Shown piece by piece: positions 12,001 through 17,546 of a stretch of 64,000 nt of DNA; the stretch's first letter is position 1, and every line of letters starts with the position of its first letter. The stretch comes from Clostridiales bacterium. Its GTDB lineage: Bacteria; Bacillota; Clostridia; Christensenellales; UBA1242. A program made the translations under genes and the position numbers. The notes beneath the pieces were generated by a model. The model was not told where the DNA came from. It did no database searches and saw only the letters and a list, made by a program, of their open reading frames with translations. The stretch covers positions 13,405 to 77,404 of the forward strand of contig SVHI01000004.1 of the NCBI GenBank assembly GCA_015055905.1, in the 5' to 3' direction.

Positions 12001-13551
12001 AGTAAGGTCAACACTTTCTTCGTTCAAGATGTTATCAGCATCAAAAAGTGAACCTGCTAATGTGAAATCATTAACTTTAACATAGTTTGCATAGAATCTT
12101 GTTCCATTGTAATTTCTGTCTGATGCGATATAGAAGGTTCCAATTCTGCTTCCAGCTGTGCTGGTGTCATTGCTAATAATTTCATATCCGCCTTCATACT
12201 CGGCAATCTTTTGGTCGCTATAAACATAGGTTGGATTAGTTCCAGTATTCAAGTTAACAAGAGCCTTGTAACTTCTTCCTGTCTTTGAACCGAAAATACA
12301 AGAATATTTTTGTTCATAAACTTCGAACATATTTTCAAGACTTCTATATTTTCCTTCAAGAGAAGTGAAGTCTGTTGAAGACATTGTGCTGTCTCTAAAG
12401 CTTCCTTCAATGGCAAGTGAGTTTAATGAAGCAACAGAATTAGTCCAAGATTGGAAAGCATAGTTGTTTTCAATTGTTCCTGAAGCTGAAGCAAATTTTC
12501 TTTCAATAGTGATAAGTTTTCCATTAGGGAAGTAGCCTCTAACTTCATTAACTTTTCCATCACCAGTTGTGTCTTTAACATAGAAGAAATAGTCATTACC
12601 ACCAGAAAGTCTTGTTGTTTCGTCAACGAGAAGTTCACCATAACCAAGGTCAATGCTATTTTGAGCGTTTAAAGAGAAAGTATAGAAGTTTGCTTTATAA
12701 TCAACTTGAACAGAAGAGAGTGATTCACCACGAGCCACAACAACATCTGTTTGAGTTGTATAGGTTTTTTCTTGGCTAGAAAGGCCACTTCCAGTTTTCA
12801 AATTCATTCCAATGTTTGGAACAGCTTTAACTGAAATGTTTCTTCTATCAGAACCTTGATAGAGAATAGGATTGAATCTAAGGTAGATTTTCTTGTCATT
12901 AGTTGTCTTATTTTCTGTTAAATAGTCACCAGTTTCACTTTTGTATGCAGCAGAAACGAAATGGCTAGCGTCTAACCATTCACCAACAGTTGCCTGTCTG
13001 TAATAGAAAGTGAATATTGATGAGAGTTCATCAGTTGCAGAAAGATAGTAAGAACTACCAGCTTTGTGTTCATACACATTTTCTGTGTTAGCTCCTGTAA
13101 CGAACTTCAATTTAGAAGTATCAACTGCAACGTGAATTTGATAAACCATACCATCGACAAGGAATGTGTAATCAGGGAAGGCAAAGTCTGTCATTTCACT
13201 AAAGAACTTACCATTGTAAGCACTCTTTACCGCCTTGAAACCTGATTGGTCAAATGCACGGTCTACAGTGTTTTGATAATCAGTTGTGTCATAGGTTGTT
13301 TTGTAATATTCCATTGGAACATAAAACGAACCCGTATAACTGTTATACGCGTCACTTGATGTTTTTTCATAATACTCAATGTCTGGACTCACGAGTCTTA
13401 GGTTTCCATAAGAGTCAAACCCAGTGTTTGAGTCTGCGTTGTTAGCGCACGCAGTCAAGAAAACTGTCACAAAGACAAGCAAAAATGAAAAGACTGTTGA
13501 AACAATTTTTTTGAATGCATTTCTTTTTAAATTCTTTTGTAAATTTTCCAT
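1..13551 (-). CDS. Giant predicted surface lipoprotein, N-terminal >=4,517 codons; the 3' end lies beyond the left window edge
   Basis: ATG at 13551-13549 with Shine-Dalgarno AAGGTGGA (13563-13556, minus strand) 4 nt upstream. Hand translation starts MENLQKNLKRNAFKKIVSTVFSFLLVFVTVFLTAC-ANNADSNTGF, giving a basic n-region, a hydrophobic core and lipobox L-T-A-C with Cys35. I translated about 1,400 codons from the start and the last about 670 codons before position 1, and spot-checked about 8 lines in between; I found no in-frame stop. All 13 minus-strand ORFs listed in 2421-12653 end at a coordinate = 2 mod 3, whereas this frame ends at 0 mod 3. No ORF is listed in this frame, as expected if the tracker requires an in-window stop. 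Confidence 0.9.
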   Translation of the reverse strand, partial: MENLQKNLKRNAFKKIVSTVFSFLLVFVTVFLTACANNADSNTGFDSYGNLRLVSPDIEYYEKTSSDAYNSYTGSFYVPMEYYKTTYDTTDYQNTVDRAFDQSGFKAVKSAYNGKFFSEMTDFAFPDYTFLVDGMVYQIHVAVDTSKLKFVTGANTENVYEHKAGSSYYLSATDELSSIFTFYYRQATVGEWLDASHFVSAAYKSETGDYLTENKTTNDKKIYLRFNPILYQGSDRRNISVKAVPNIGMNLKTGSGLSSQEKTYTTQTDVVVARGESLSSVQVDYKANFYTFSLNAQNSIDLGYGELLVDETTRLSGGNDYFFYVKDTTGDGKVNEVRGYFPNGKLITIERKFASASGTIENNYAFQSWTNSVASLNSLAIEGSFRDSTMSSTDFTSLEGKYRSLENMFEVYEQKYSCIFGSKTGRSYKALVNLNTGTNPTYVYSDQKIAEYEGGYEIISNDTSTAGSRIGTFYIASDRNYNGTRFYANYVKVNDFTLAGSLFDADNILNEESVDLTGYTLVVYNSLNQVVTRDCRGNLFTSNSNNTISTYDSTTGKYTTIASNTFRLEHLSYGDYVVFSKVLSATDSPDGKERTYHFYGDYMTPVSFDTEKTVNVLQNRIAKDKEMIGKIVTAFNRKFYIAPADVAFIYGGKIYYINEEGRVYNEGGEVLSGATVRYAYNVKDLTSLSVLASKYEADTSLVVNFYVYDTGSQKVIEAKEKDISYEVIKSVTSYLDDKGCVKTTVYVSVVMPSDYNIEKYNLITDNYSVDPMVFCNSNGTNNTLLRFVTDLDGEYVKDYYIFNESNADADDVTKSVDESFLIYGGKYYVYYYKKLSGTTTYYMYQSTENNNMMARVVTQAGTTSYTYLTLKKILDTANVSEFNEIGVTQGNDELDNPYIVYNGSCYFYANETIKLKHFVYFLNEQHNKKDLSYTIYDKTAAQSTPTGIKSNSIANEIIYDKPKSFIQSVIQGHQYFDATNKSLLSAGGNTYTSTALTLTARQNEFFNRGWDLSVVFKYDLGSTSACGGNTAVCGAVDYALESSFVYQALSEFTIGTKTVFKFSHYGVEYYYYDGDNDSEWEIYSTYSGDTSASDWTIVWDGFEDSKNDSVFYSCRVEREGEKIKLTRYHTTVNGNVYYYNKDKTGNIGLYTTFACSDAVDPSMLGFRSICSVKSDFTLIYFHRYYFTANSKTYFVNINNNKVYTDSKCTKEWSYNDNFVISDNGTTAYIEIVNSFTTRLLFKLGSTVSSGYIYNFNYTGSNNYSLYIVDNSGKLYTLSGNEYIEFEKFHYDYTLSSSTLSLTVGSLNKTYVNTGSSASFDAICGNVSDLLQDKEALTSLLETRGFTGNISDGIRAYNLTEKYFSSGLTQVSTEVYRSDMSISAFLIDDNYYYIKQAYTHTTDGDLTFTGGYDLYLDYTFDDTYKIANKRFVNKTTTDAATLATYPYVYMSTTTPYYEGEFKLYAVYRDAYMNLGMFLNDASQPVVGYNGEYYLAKHESIVFDEYGAIEKDNLIYFPIVIEEEQFYITGTSDGFMKLYTNPESDGSGEFELFTGSLERKYFFYNDAIYSFSTDSDDELELKTTYTVYPTSDQKSFTVKFNTETLLGIKLGVKVNQVDVSEGSSSGLSAGNYRTQNSACYVYYGVESVTRQGERKNYSTKPIAEQNKITTVTDDGSENVSYEVDFYYPLSNFHNLLGSAIFLGSEIEEKYANYKTTHALTESYVKIDGDTPTADYDDIYCYNFYTLCGPKIISNNFYYVKPLESKVQAYVIQEQSSDSNGQMTNYEAIYYTVNGSYTQYINQNYITVFSETDYTARFLSGSNGIPGINELMSDDLAGENGNLAKAFLLNVENYATGKYRISYNNVYYYIKTNANTVVGSVVDIYTDAALTTKAKFNAIAYLVSGTTPTQVVLNYSSFMQGASTVQSLYSNGQTLSMKLTNLTNEGGKPSYGNVSNIETIGLTDPSTIRKEYRILGDESGQKYIDYEIPYDGAASNNLDKHYYVKVVYTLYTCYLGVDGSIQPRPSNFYVRAVPDDTNPDFDTSKCYYDVYSVYDERGVQIQYISELKNSIGESITYDMLYQAINSSSAIEQQYLYGTYLDTNAYYYNSNDGFYYIYADEAYYRYEYEFSNTSGSLNEITGVNEDDLHIKDSYVDLNYTFFYDGDFYYTDYFIDENGNEHQDVYMFDSNIELGDNYNLLHSQIAVAAKKLSGYIYYPSTKTIFKDGGSTVFAKISTDISPRVKVYNPDMSFTDLAAVMMAYDKLTRAVYFYDKVNSVLYKNVFFNTSSNTYTFDNATVVDEFTYAYYSTIEKFDFRPSVKYYVLSRFDLAAVVTDLKDEGGNTIGREEVEYQYPVYATYLLPPTAALPMTASNVTMKTVTKHCFHACYFSEGTYKYKYLYKKVGSNYEYVLYDSEFYGKDLSAAGHAYYAGDINATNLTPISNISSVDDYIVSKNVEVEYLIKSNTVEIGNSSRYVKIDNSTEIATILGKYVIDNVSGEVIIGNTYSSILTATKPGIITNDTYNPIKYLNEEKLYYSVDYTNQANATEGFPGVTLVDGMPYMNPIFVFDVYHTQGTLAAVDLAIGVNSGYYVEIINGLVEHNNVTSITDFSSVTFKHTLANLDAGAALDSMYYIVDSRTFKTLKGYRLHKEASPTQLTTFYNYYYNTDSDRDTKFYMNMSEYMELNEEEKAVYRGFIKYGANFYKYTTESIKLADCAMNEDDINVYFADSTLVTPEGNIIYNDNIFIEKAGAFIALTEELAAIWETSVFKMEDIPYYDIHTYQQDANGKLYVTSDIVNGAESSLCNGLDELDTEIISSKSDVDFSNVIIGGLTTAYKVPYDAVLQYGASYLEGYWIETAIQVYNQELESEKPVYLETGKDAVVLFANPLINFDGEIFYKFKEWRVYTRDSAEYIVFNEGTTNALGDDRLSAICRFRSLGSGYYLFLPVYERVYAVSLGTAVDGGSVNIGGSISIQSTAPSASVDENDYTEDLFTYQYLTDRYTATYIKPYLLYAGEKVGSAPVFVKTGIAEDYLTNSEAISIIVVPNYEPYFTVYVYKGTTLNTSFKTRQNDNFSGRTGTPYIVSMKFVAGIYNVTVDAMNDSVFYTDEVFTKTKTLISGKLSTAYAEGFYYTGLGSGYTIIDFMTYVVGTYNASSLKHSYGVLHNNYMYRIPSTPASNLSSMLVDYMTFAKVNIKKFNFITQNEDSNVSGFYYNTNNDLTSGEYYYAADGKTINSTIQYKTNYYERDSVVKLIAQPDSGYRLEGWYLAQFDETLGWVISDEKVTEMYSASYLNELVKTEFESSNTSVQTFKIATTGQYPNGVAQTRTYKITNQYFDEFNIVFGTDNSVVPYDIKSNYCGLFANLGSSRTNPNFVRLYMKNNNRTDLYYDEEMCLPVKASDFATGSTNNSIDKLWEQYYIGYINFHDAVNASYQYEGTQIKEDWSTISGGRKVSNYTRYTFDDREVYAVYSYNKSTLSYDVKYYRNKVASNFDVEDPIDNPNVLTIHNLHSNARLVAKFTETYQAYIFSEDEEDSGISVEALYYYNRDDSKEIIRTNASGGSKTQDDDALVGGNYSDNFFGASHKEETGFYPFYIQKEDDVAEGERRLTIFDGYNNSGTWSQDTSYFQRYYTAQSLKNFAELSKINPGVHYYIDGDGNTQQKLSNPLTELGSFERNAYGMFKTETQGLALKNYYFDVNTTLFLLVRVEVGNLLTVHSLGLDQRYELNFLVEPDMDLVNKAKDDKLKYVYYVLKVTFNNNLEQTNGITTTEGNENPEYVLHPDKARSVANSILSGTALTYYDSYYDIYASYKGSSVATANTSIATTNYLTFKVGSASVPIKIAFNTNYSYIYSRAFSFSRTMAEQVFFSYLKETTNHYPTFTSYISAPASLLTAGPGGNGKIKIGTTGQKEFDFADYIKSTDNEPIIGAEAMRQYFIFVFQNICYEQKSGSAEKNFKYALDKLKHYLSIVLGTTDIFTNKSMYDLNYYVTVSGDVYVTDKLIERLLNLKLNGRTLRSTLTDYTVSMLIELENSIFESIGDFVSAFNQIIYAATYEENTIILNNVLYTRTYYESAYSTYYQTKYGISVTNYNNYVSALNTYGMSSITEIFVQSVKELYRYSLSKSNEAETTISGANYVAEKIYKFGMPQIAGKMNYINLSSLKIYTISVTTSIVDSYSQDMDFTKTNPEDGTYVFTDATNFKTNPYYSLDDTIYVSGGVTTSSGTLNYIGDAFETKLGANDVVTYVPGYEKTQSFNRKYNHIEGQNELYEKDSQNKTNHSSYGDALFVENSIILWGGLKANYKKNTDTDIYENAYSRAMLTNSTVKENNAASGDDQAYSEALYKVIENGKYFVTYISSTTVNDYTNTHQNNAKYYIYSEDFKSVYIADLTLIDDVEFEDDDFSTKYTFADFTITKAYTFAGWYSQTYDENTGYWSEFVNVSGTFTRPFVTTATSNTNITALFVAMTNLTFSYKTDEVTVTFTDPLDSRGQEIVVVEDPIAKTSTLSGWFYFNYDPIVGIAPT

Positions 13552-13596
13552 AAAATCCACCTTGTTTTTAGTTTGCCACAGCTTGGGCAAATATAT

Positions 13597-13625
13597 ATTA
13601 TTATATACATCACTAATTTTATCAA
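13597..13625 (-). promoter_or_regulatory. Candidate sigma-A-type promoter of the giant gene
   Basis: On the minus strand: TTGATA (13625-13620), a 17-nt spacer, then AATAAT (13602-13597), about 45 nt upstream of the ATG. The AT-rich context makes a chance match possible. Confidence 0.25.
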
Positions 13626-13956
13626 ATTTGGTCGAAAAAACAAAGTGTTTATTGGAAAAAAAAGCCCCAAATTTTTACATAGTTATTAAAACAAAATTGT
13701 GTTATATATTTTATATATATATAACATTCCGTGCAAAAGTTGATTATTTTAGGATTCATAAAAAACCAAATAGACCTTTTGGTAATACAGTTATAACAAT
13801 CGTTGAAAATTCTAAAAAAATTTTTGGTTATTTTGCACATATTTTGTGAAAAATAGCAAATTAGTGTCACGGGTAAAAATAGTTTCTTAAACTTAGAAGA
13901 TAAAATGAAATCGTCGAACGACAAAATATACATTTTTCAGCAAGGAGCACGTTTCA

Positions 13957-14541
13957 ATGCAAAGGAAAATTTCACAAATAACAGCAAAAAACACACAGTT
14001 AGATGGCGAGCTAAAATCATACATAAACCTTCTTGGAGAAGAGCAAAAAATTAAGTTTTGGATAAAAACTCTTTTATCAGTCCACAACAATATTCCTGAG
14101 GTTATTAAAGCAGTTGACAAAATAATAGAAATTCAAGCATCTTCCATCTCATTTATCACTGACATCTACAATACTGAAAAATCAACTCTAAGCCAGGTCG
14201 AAAAGGTAATTGATTTGTCAGAGCGAAAGAATAATCTTTTGAACATTTATCTCATTTCTCAACATCTATTTTCATCGGTTGGCGATGACGAACGATTATT
14301 TCTTGAGCGAAAGTTTATTTTCAACTGGACTGCTGACGAACTTGCAACAGAATACAACGTAAGTTCAAGAACAATTTTTAGAAAAACAGAAAAGTTGATA
14401 GACAAAATTTATCTATCAACCAAACGAAAAAATTGGACTCTTAAATTTATAACATTGCAAGTAAAGAACGAAACGTGGCTAAACGAAAAATTTAAAAAAC
14501 TTGTTAAGGACTACTATCTTTCAACAAAAAAATTATCATAA
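13957..14541 (+). CDS. Sigma-70 region-4-like HTH regulator, resembling phage late activators of the ArpU/RinA/DUF1492 type
   Basis: AAGGAG RBS precedes the ATG. The C-terminal string ERLFLERKFIFNWTADELATEYNVSSRTIFRKTEKLIDKI matches the region-4 HTH pattern. It sits at the head of the packaging module and is divergent from the giant gene. Confidence 0.5.
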   Translation: MQRKISQITAKNTQLDGELKSYINLLGEEQKIKFWIKTLLSVHNNIPEVIKAVDKIIEIQASSISFITDIYNTEKSTLSQVEKVIDLSERKNNLLNIYLISQHLFSSVGDDERLFLERKFIFNWTADELATEYNVSSRTIFRKTEKLIDKIYLSTKRKNWTLKFITLQVKNETWLNEKFKKLVKDYYLSTKKLS

Positions 14542-15453
14542 CAAATCATCTTCAATATCATATGTTGGAAAGTGTGGAACGGGTTTAATATTCTTATTAA
14601 TTTTTGTAAATTGAATTTTTTTAAACTTACCAATATCAACTTTATTTCTTTCGTCATATTTGAAATTTTCAGTCTCTATTACACCTTTATCAAAATTATT
14701 TTTATTTGTATTTTTTCTAAAGATTTTGACAATTTTATACAAAATAATCACAAAAAATAAAATAATTGGAATTGACACTATTGCAACAATAATTGTCTTA
14801 ACAGTTGATGAAATTAATAATGAATTATTTTCCAAATTTTCTGCAGAAATTATTTGCTCTGGATTAGTTTCTAAATTTGCAGGAATAGGAGATATGTTTG
14901 AAACATTTTCAGAATAAATATAACCTTCATAAACATTGGTTGAATTTTCACTTGGAACATAAGAAACATAATACCACAAATCACATTCGCCACCAGAAGG
15001 AACCCCACCATAACAAGATGCTATATAATTTATCCCTTTAGTCCCCGCGCTAATTGTTGTTAAAACATCTGCTGAGGTTGTTGGGGCAGACCAAATTTGT
15101 GTTCCACTGGTTGTCTTTATTTCACAAGTAATTCCTTCAAGCGTTTTGTTTGCTGGTATAAATGTCGACACCTGAATCATTGATGGGTTAATATAGCCAA
15201 TAAATCTATCATACTGAACCTTATAACAATTTTCATTAACCGTTTCAAGGATAGTCACAAAATAAGTCTCAGGCACCTCAAAATAAACGTCATTAAATCC
15301 ATTCGTTTCCATATCCCTTGTCTTATACAAATTACACCCATTCAAAACCTTTGCATACATAGTTGAATCAGCACTAGCAACATCTACCACATTAAATTTT
15401 AAGCTTGGCATAAAAACGCAAAACATTAACAAAATATTACAAATTTTTCTCAT
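14536..15453 (-). CDS. Exported SH3b-domain protein with a C-terminal membrane anchor
   Basis: The likely start is ATG 15453 (the track extends to a TTG at 15516). Signal peptide MRKICNILLMFCVFMPSLKFNVVDVASA. Two bacterial-SH3-like segments (YAKVLNGCNLYKTRD...YKVQYDRFIGYINPSMI and a second around GINYIASCYGG...WYYVSY...YEGYIYSENV). TM helix TIIVAIVSIPIILFFVIILYKIV followed by a basic tail. Confidence 0.55.
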   Translation of the reverse strand: MRKICNILLMFCVFMPSLKFNVVDVASADSTMYAKVLNGCNLYKTRDMETNGFNDVYFEVPETYFVTILETVNENCYKVQYDRFIGYINPSMIQVSTFIPANKTLEGITCEIKTTSGTQIWSAPTTSADVLTTISAGTKGINYIASCYGGVPSGGECDLWYYVSYVPSENSTNVYEGYIYSENVSNISPIPANLETNPEQIISAENLENNSLLISSTVKTIIVAIVSIPIILFFVIILYKIVKIFRKNTNKNNFDKGVIETENFKYDERNKVDIGKFKKIQFTKINKNIKPVPHFPTYDIEDDLL

Positions 15454-15536
15454 ATTTATATTATATTTCGTGTTTTTTGATTTGAAAATGCGATTTTTGT
15501 CAAAATATAAAAACAAATATTCTTTCTTTTACTATT

Positions 15537-16964
15537 ATGAAAAAAGACTCAATTTTAAAATTAAATCAACTTTCCAAAATAATAAAATCTAGAAATATTT
15601 TGCCACTAAAAAATTACAATACTGGAAAAATTGTTCACGAAAAACAACTAGAATTTCACAAGTCTCAAAAAAGAAACAGGTGGGTGTTTGGAGGAAACCG
15701 AACAGGCAAAACAGAGTGCGGTGCAGTTGAAACAATTTGGCTATCGCTTGGAATTCATCCATTTAAGAAAAATAAACCACAAACAGAGTGCTGGGTTGTA
15801 AGTCTTTCACAAAGAGTCCAAAAAGAAGTTGCCCAATCAAAAATATTAAAATATTTACCAAAGTCAGCAATAAAAGAAATCATTATGACAAGCGGAAAGA
15901 AAACAAACCCAGACACAGGAATCATTGAATGCATATTAGTTAATAACACATTTGGAAACACCAGCAAAATTTGGTTTAAATCGTGTGAAGAAGGCAGAGA
16001 AAAATTTCAAGGCTCAAGTTTAGATTTTGTTTGGTTTGATGAAGAACCACCAGAAGATATTTACAACGAATGCAAAATGAGAGTCCTCGATAAAAATGGT
16101 GAAATATTTGGCACAATGACACCACTCAAAGGATTAACATTTATCTACGAACAAATCTACCTAAACAATCTCAATGACCCTGAAGTATTTTATCTTTTTA
16201 TTTCTTGGAATGATAATCCATATTTAAACAAGAAAGAAATTGAACGACTTTCACTTACTATGTCAAGTGATGAGATTGAAAGTAGAAAATTTGGTCGATT
16301 TTCTTCTATTGATTCTGGGTTAGTTTACACTGAATTTGATTTGAACACACACGTAATAACTCCTTTTAAAGTCGACCCAAGTTGGTTTGACACACTATCA
16401 ATCGACCCAGGACTATCAAATCCACTTTCTTGCCACTGGTACGCAAAAGATTATGACGGAAACATTTACGTAATCGCTGAACACTATGAAGAAAATAAAA
16501 CAATAGAATATCACTCACAAAAAATAAAAGAAATTTCAAACTCACTTGGTTGGAAGAAAAATCACAATGGAATGATTGAATCATTAATCGACAGTGCAGC
16601 CAACCAAAAAACATTAGCATCACAAAAAAGTGTTTCGGATTTATTTTATGAAAATGGAATTTTGGTAAATCCAAAAGTAAATAAAGATGTTTTAAGTGGA
16701 ATATCTAAAGTAAAAACATACCTAAAAAATATTGAAGGAAAAACCAAACTCTTCATATTTTCTTGCTGCACAAATTTAATTCGCGAAATAAAAACATACA
16801 GGTGGAGCAGTCACGACTCACCAGTTAAAAAAGATGACCATTCACTTGACGAACTTCGATACTACATTATGAACCTTCAAGAAAAACCTATTTCACAAAA
16901 ACAGAAAAAGTCTCAAATTCAACAACACAAGGAACAACTATATAGGCAACTTTTAAAAAGATAA
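15537..16964 (+). CDS. terL: Phage terminase large subunit
   Basis: Walker A-like GGNRTGKTECG and Walker B-like LDFVWFDEEP. The C-terminal half is nuclease-like with acidic motifs (LSIDPG, LIDSAANQ, DHSLDELRYY). Size is 475 aa and a portal gene follows. Confidence 0.85.
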   Translation: MKKDSILKLNQLSKIIKSRNILPLKNYNTGKIVHEKQLEFHKSQKRNRWVFGGNRTGKTECGAVETIWLSLGIHPFKKNKPQTECWVVSLSQRVQKEVAQSKILKYLPKSAIKEIIMTSGKKTNPDTGIIECILVNNTFGNTSKIWFKSCEEGREKFQGSSLDFVWFDEEPPEDIYNECKMRVLDKNGEIFGTMTPLKGLTFIYEQIYLNNLNDPEVFYLFISWNDNPYLNKKEIERLSLTMSSDEIESRKFGRFSSIDSGLVYTEFDLNTHVITPFKVDPSWFDTLSIDPGLSNPLSCHWYAKDYDGNIYVIAEHYEENKTIEYHSQKIKEISNSLGWKKNHNGMIESLIDSAANQKTLASQKSVSDLFYENGILVNPKVNKDVLSGISKVKTYLKNIEGKTKLFIFSCCTNLIREIKTYRWSSHDSPVKKDDHSLDELRYYIMNLQEKPISQKQKKSQIQQHKEQLYRQLLKR

Positions 16965-17383
16965 TGAATAAAAACAAAATACAAAAACAACTAATTGACA
17001 TTCTTCTAAAAAAAGCAAATGGATTTTATTATTATGAAGAACAAGAAGAGTATGAAAAAACGCAAAATAAATCAAAGTTTCGTGAAAATTCCATTCAAAA
17101 CATTTCAATGTTTGATAATTTTGTCACGGGTCAAACTCAAAACAAAGAATCAAATGTTACACTAAAATCATCAAATGGAAAAGAAGAAAATGAGGCTCAA
17201 ACACTTACTTTGGTTAAGAAAAAAATTACCAAACACTATATTCCGCCTGATATGCTCGCTATTAAAATTCTGTTTGAAATTAATAAAGAAAAGGTGAATG
17301 AGAATGATTTAAACGAAATGTCAGACGAAGAATTAATCAAACTAAAAGACAAACTTCTTGGAGAACTCTTAAATGAAAATTAA
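16964..17383 (+). CDS. Acidic hypothetical protein, possibly a packaging accessory or small-terminase-like protein
   Basis: Its start overlaps the TerL stop (TAATG). The C-terminal KKKITKHYIPPDMLAIKILFE...EELIKLKDKL is only weakly reminiscent of small terminase C-terminal segments. No HTH is recognisable. Confidence 0.3.
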   Translation: MNKNKIQKQLIDILLKKANGFYYYEEQEEYEKTQNKSKFRENSIQNISMFDNFVTGQTQNKESNVTLKSSNGKEENEAQTLTLVKKKITKHYIPPDMLAIKILFEINKEKVNENDLNEMSDEELIKLKDKLLGELLNEN

Positions 17384-17546
17384 CAAAATCAACAGCAATA
17401 TAAAATGTGATAGTGTTTTATGTTTTGCCCCAGCAACACAAGAATTAATAACCAATAGTTTCAAGGGTAATCAATACCTTTGTGACCATTGCTTCAAAGA
17501 ATACCAAAAACTATTTAAGGACAATAAGAAAAATAATGAAAAGTAA
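17373..17546 (+). CDS. Unlisted 57-codon four-cysteine (zinc-ribbon-like) micro-ORF
   Basis: MKINKINSNIKCDSVLCFAPATQELITNSFKGNQYLCDHCFKEYQKLFKDNKKNNEK, with a C-x4-C...C-x2-C arrangement. It overlaps the upstream gene by 11 nt and the portal ATG by 11 nt. It falls below the track's apparent 60-aa cutoff. Confidence 0.4.
   Translation: MKINKINSNIKCDSVLCFAPATQELITNSFKGNQYLCDHCFKEYQKLFKDNKKNNEK

Noticed and set aside
2421-12653. Thirteen short (60-115 aa) minus-strand ORFs listed in the track, with Leu/Thr/Gln/Met-rich low-information translations
   Set aside because: All end at a coordinate = 2 mod 3. They lie in a frame offset from the continuous giant ORF (0 mod 3), so they are shadow ORFs inside a real gene.
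1-13551. The idea that the lack of listed long ORFs in the first 13.5 kb means non-coding DNA, a pseudogene field or an alternative genetic code
   Set aside because: One frame is fully open under the standard code and translates sensibly with a start codon, RBS and signal peptide. TGA, TAA and TAG all terminate well-supported genes elsewhere (TGA at 22143-22145, 24513-24515 and 26498-26500). The ORF is missing from the track only because its stop lies outside the window.
1-13551. Tandem DNA repeats or exact internal duplications within the giant gene
   Set aside because: None were visible by eye in the parts I translated. The recurrence is only at the level of degenerate amino-acid patterns. 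A self dot-plot would be needed to rule repeats in or out.
13424-14120. Three overlapping ORFs (13424-13849 +, 13649-13933 -, 13893-14120 -) in the region between the giant gene and the regulator
   Set aside because: They lie in very AT-rich intergenic sequence and overlap one another and the real gene ends. They have no RBS, and their Phe/Ile/Lys-rich translations are typical of random AT-rich frames.
17482-17535. GTG/TTG-extended N-termini in the ORF track: portal 17482, SH3 gene 15516, membrane protein 27555, grpE 44071, phosphatase 47692, rsmE 48385, rpsU 50608 and ligA 53710
   Set aside because: In most cases a downstream ATG has a better RBS or matches the conserved family N-terminus, and several extensions overlap upstream genes, promoters or terminators. 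The SH3 gene, the portal and rsmE are exceptions without a strong RBS. I report the shorter coordinates.
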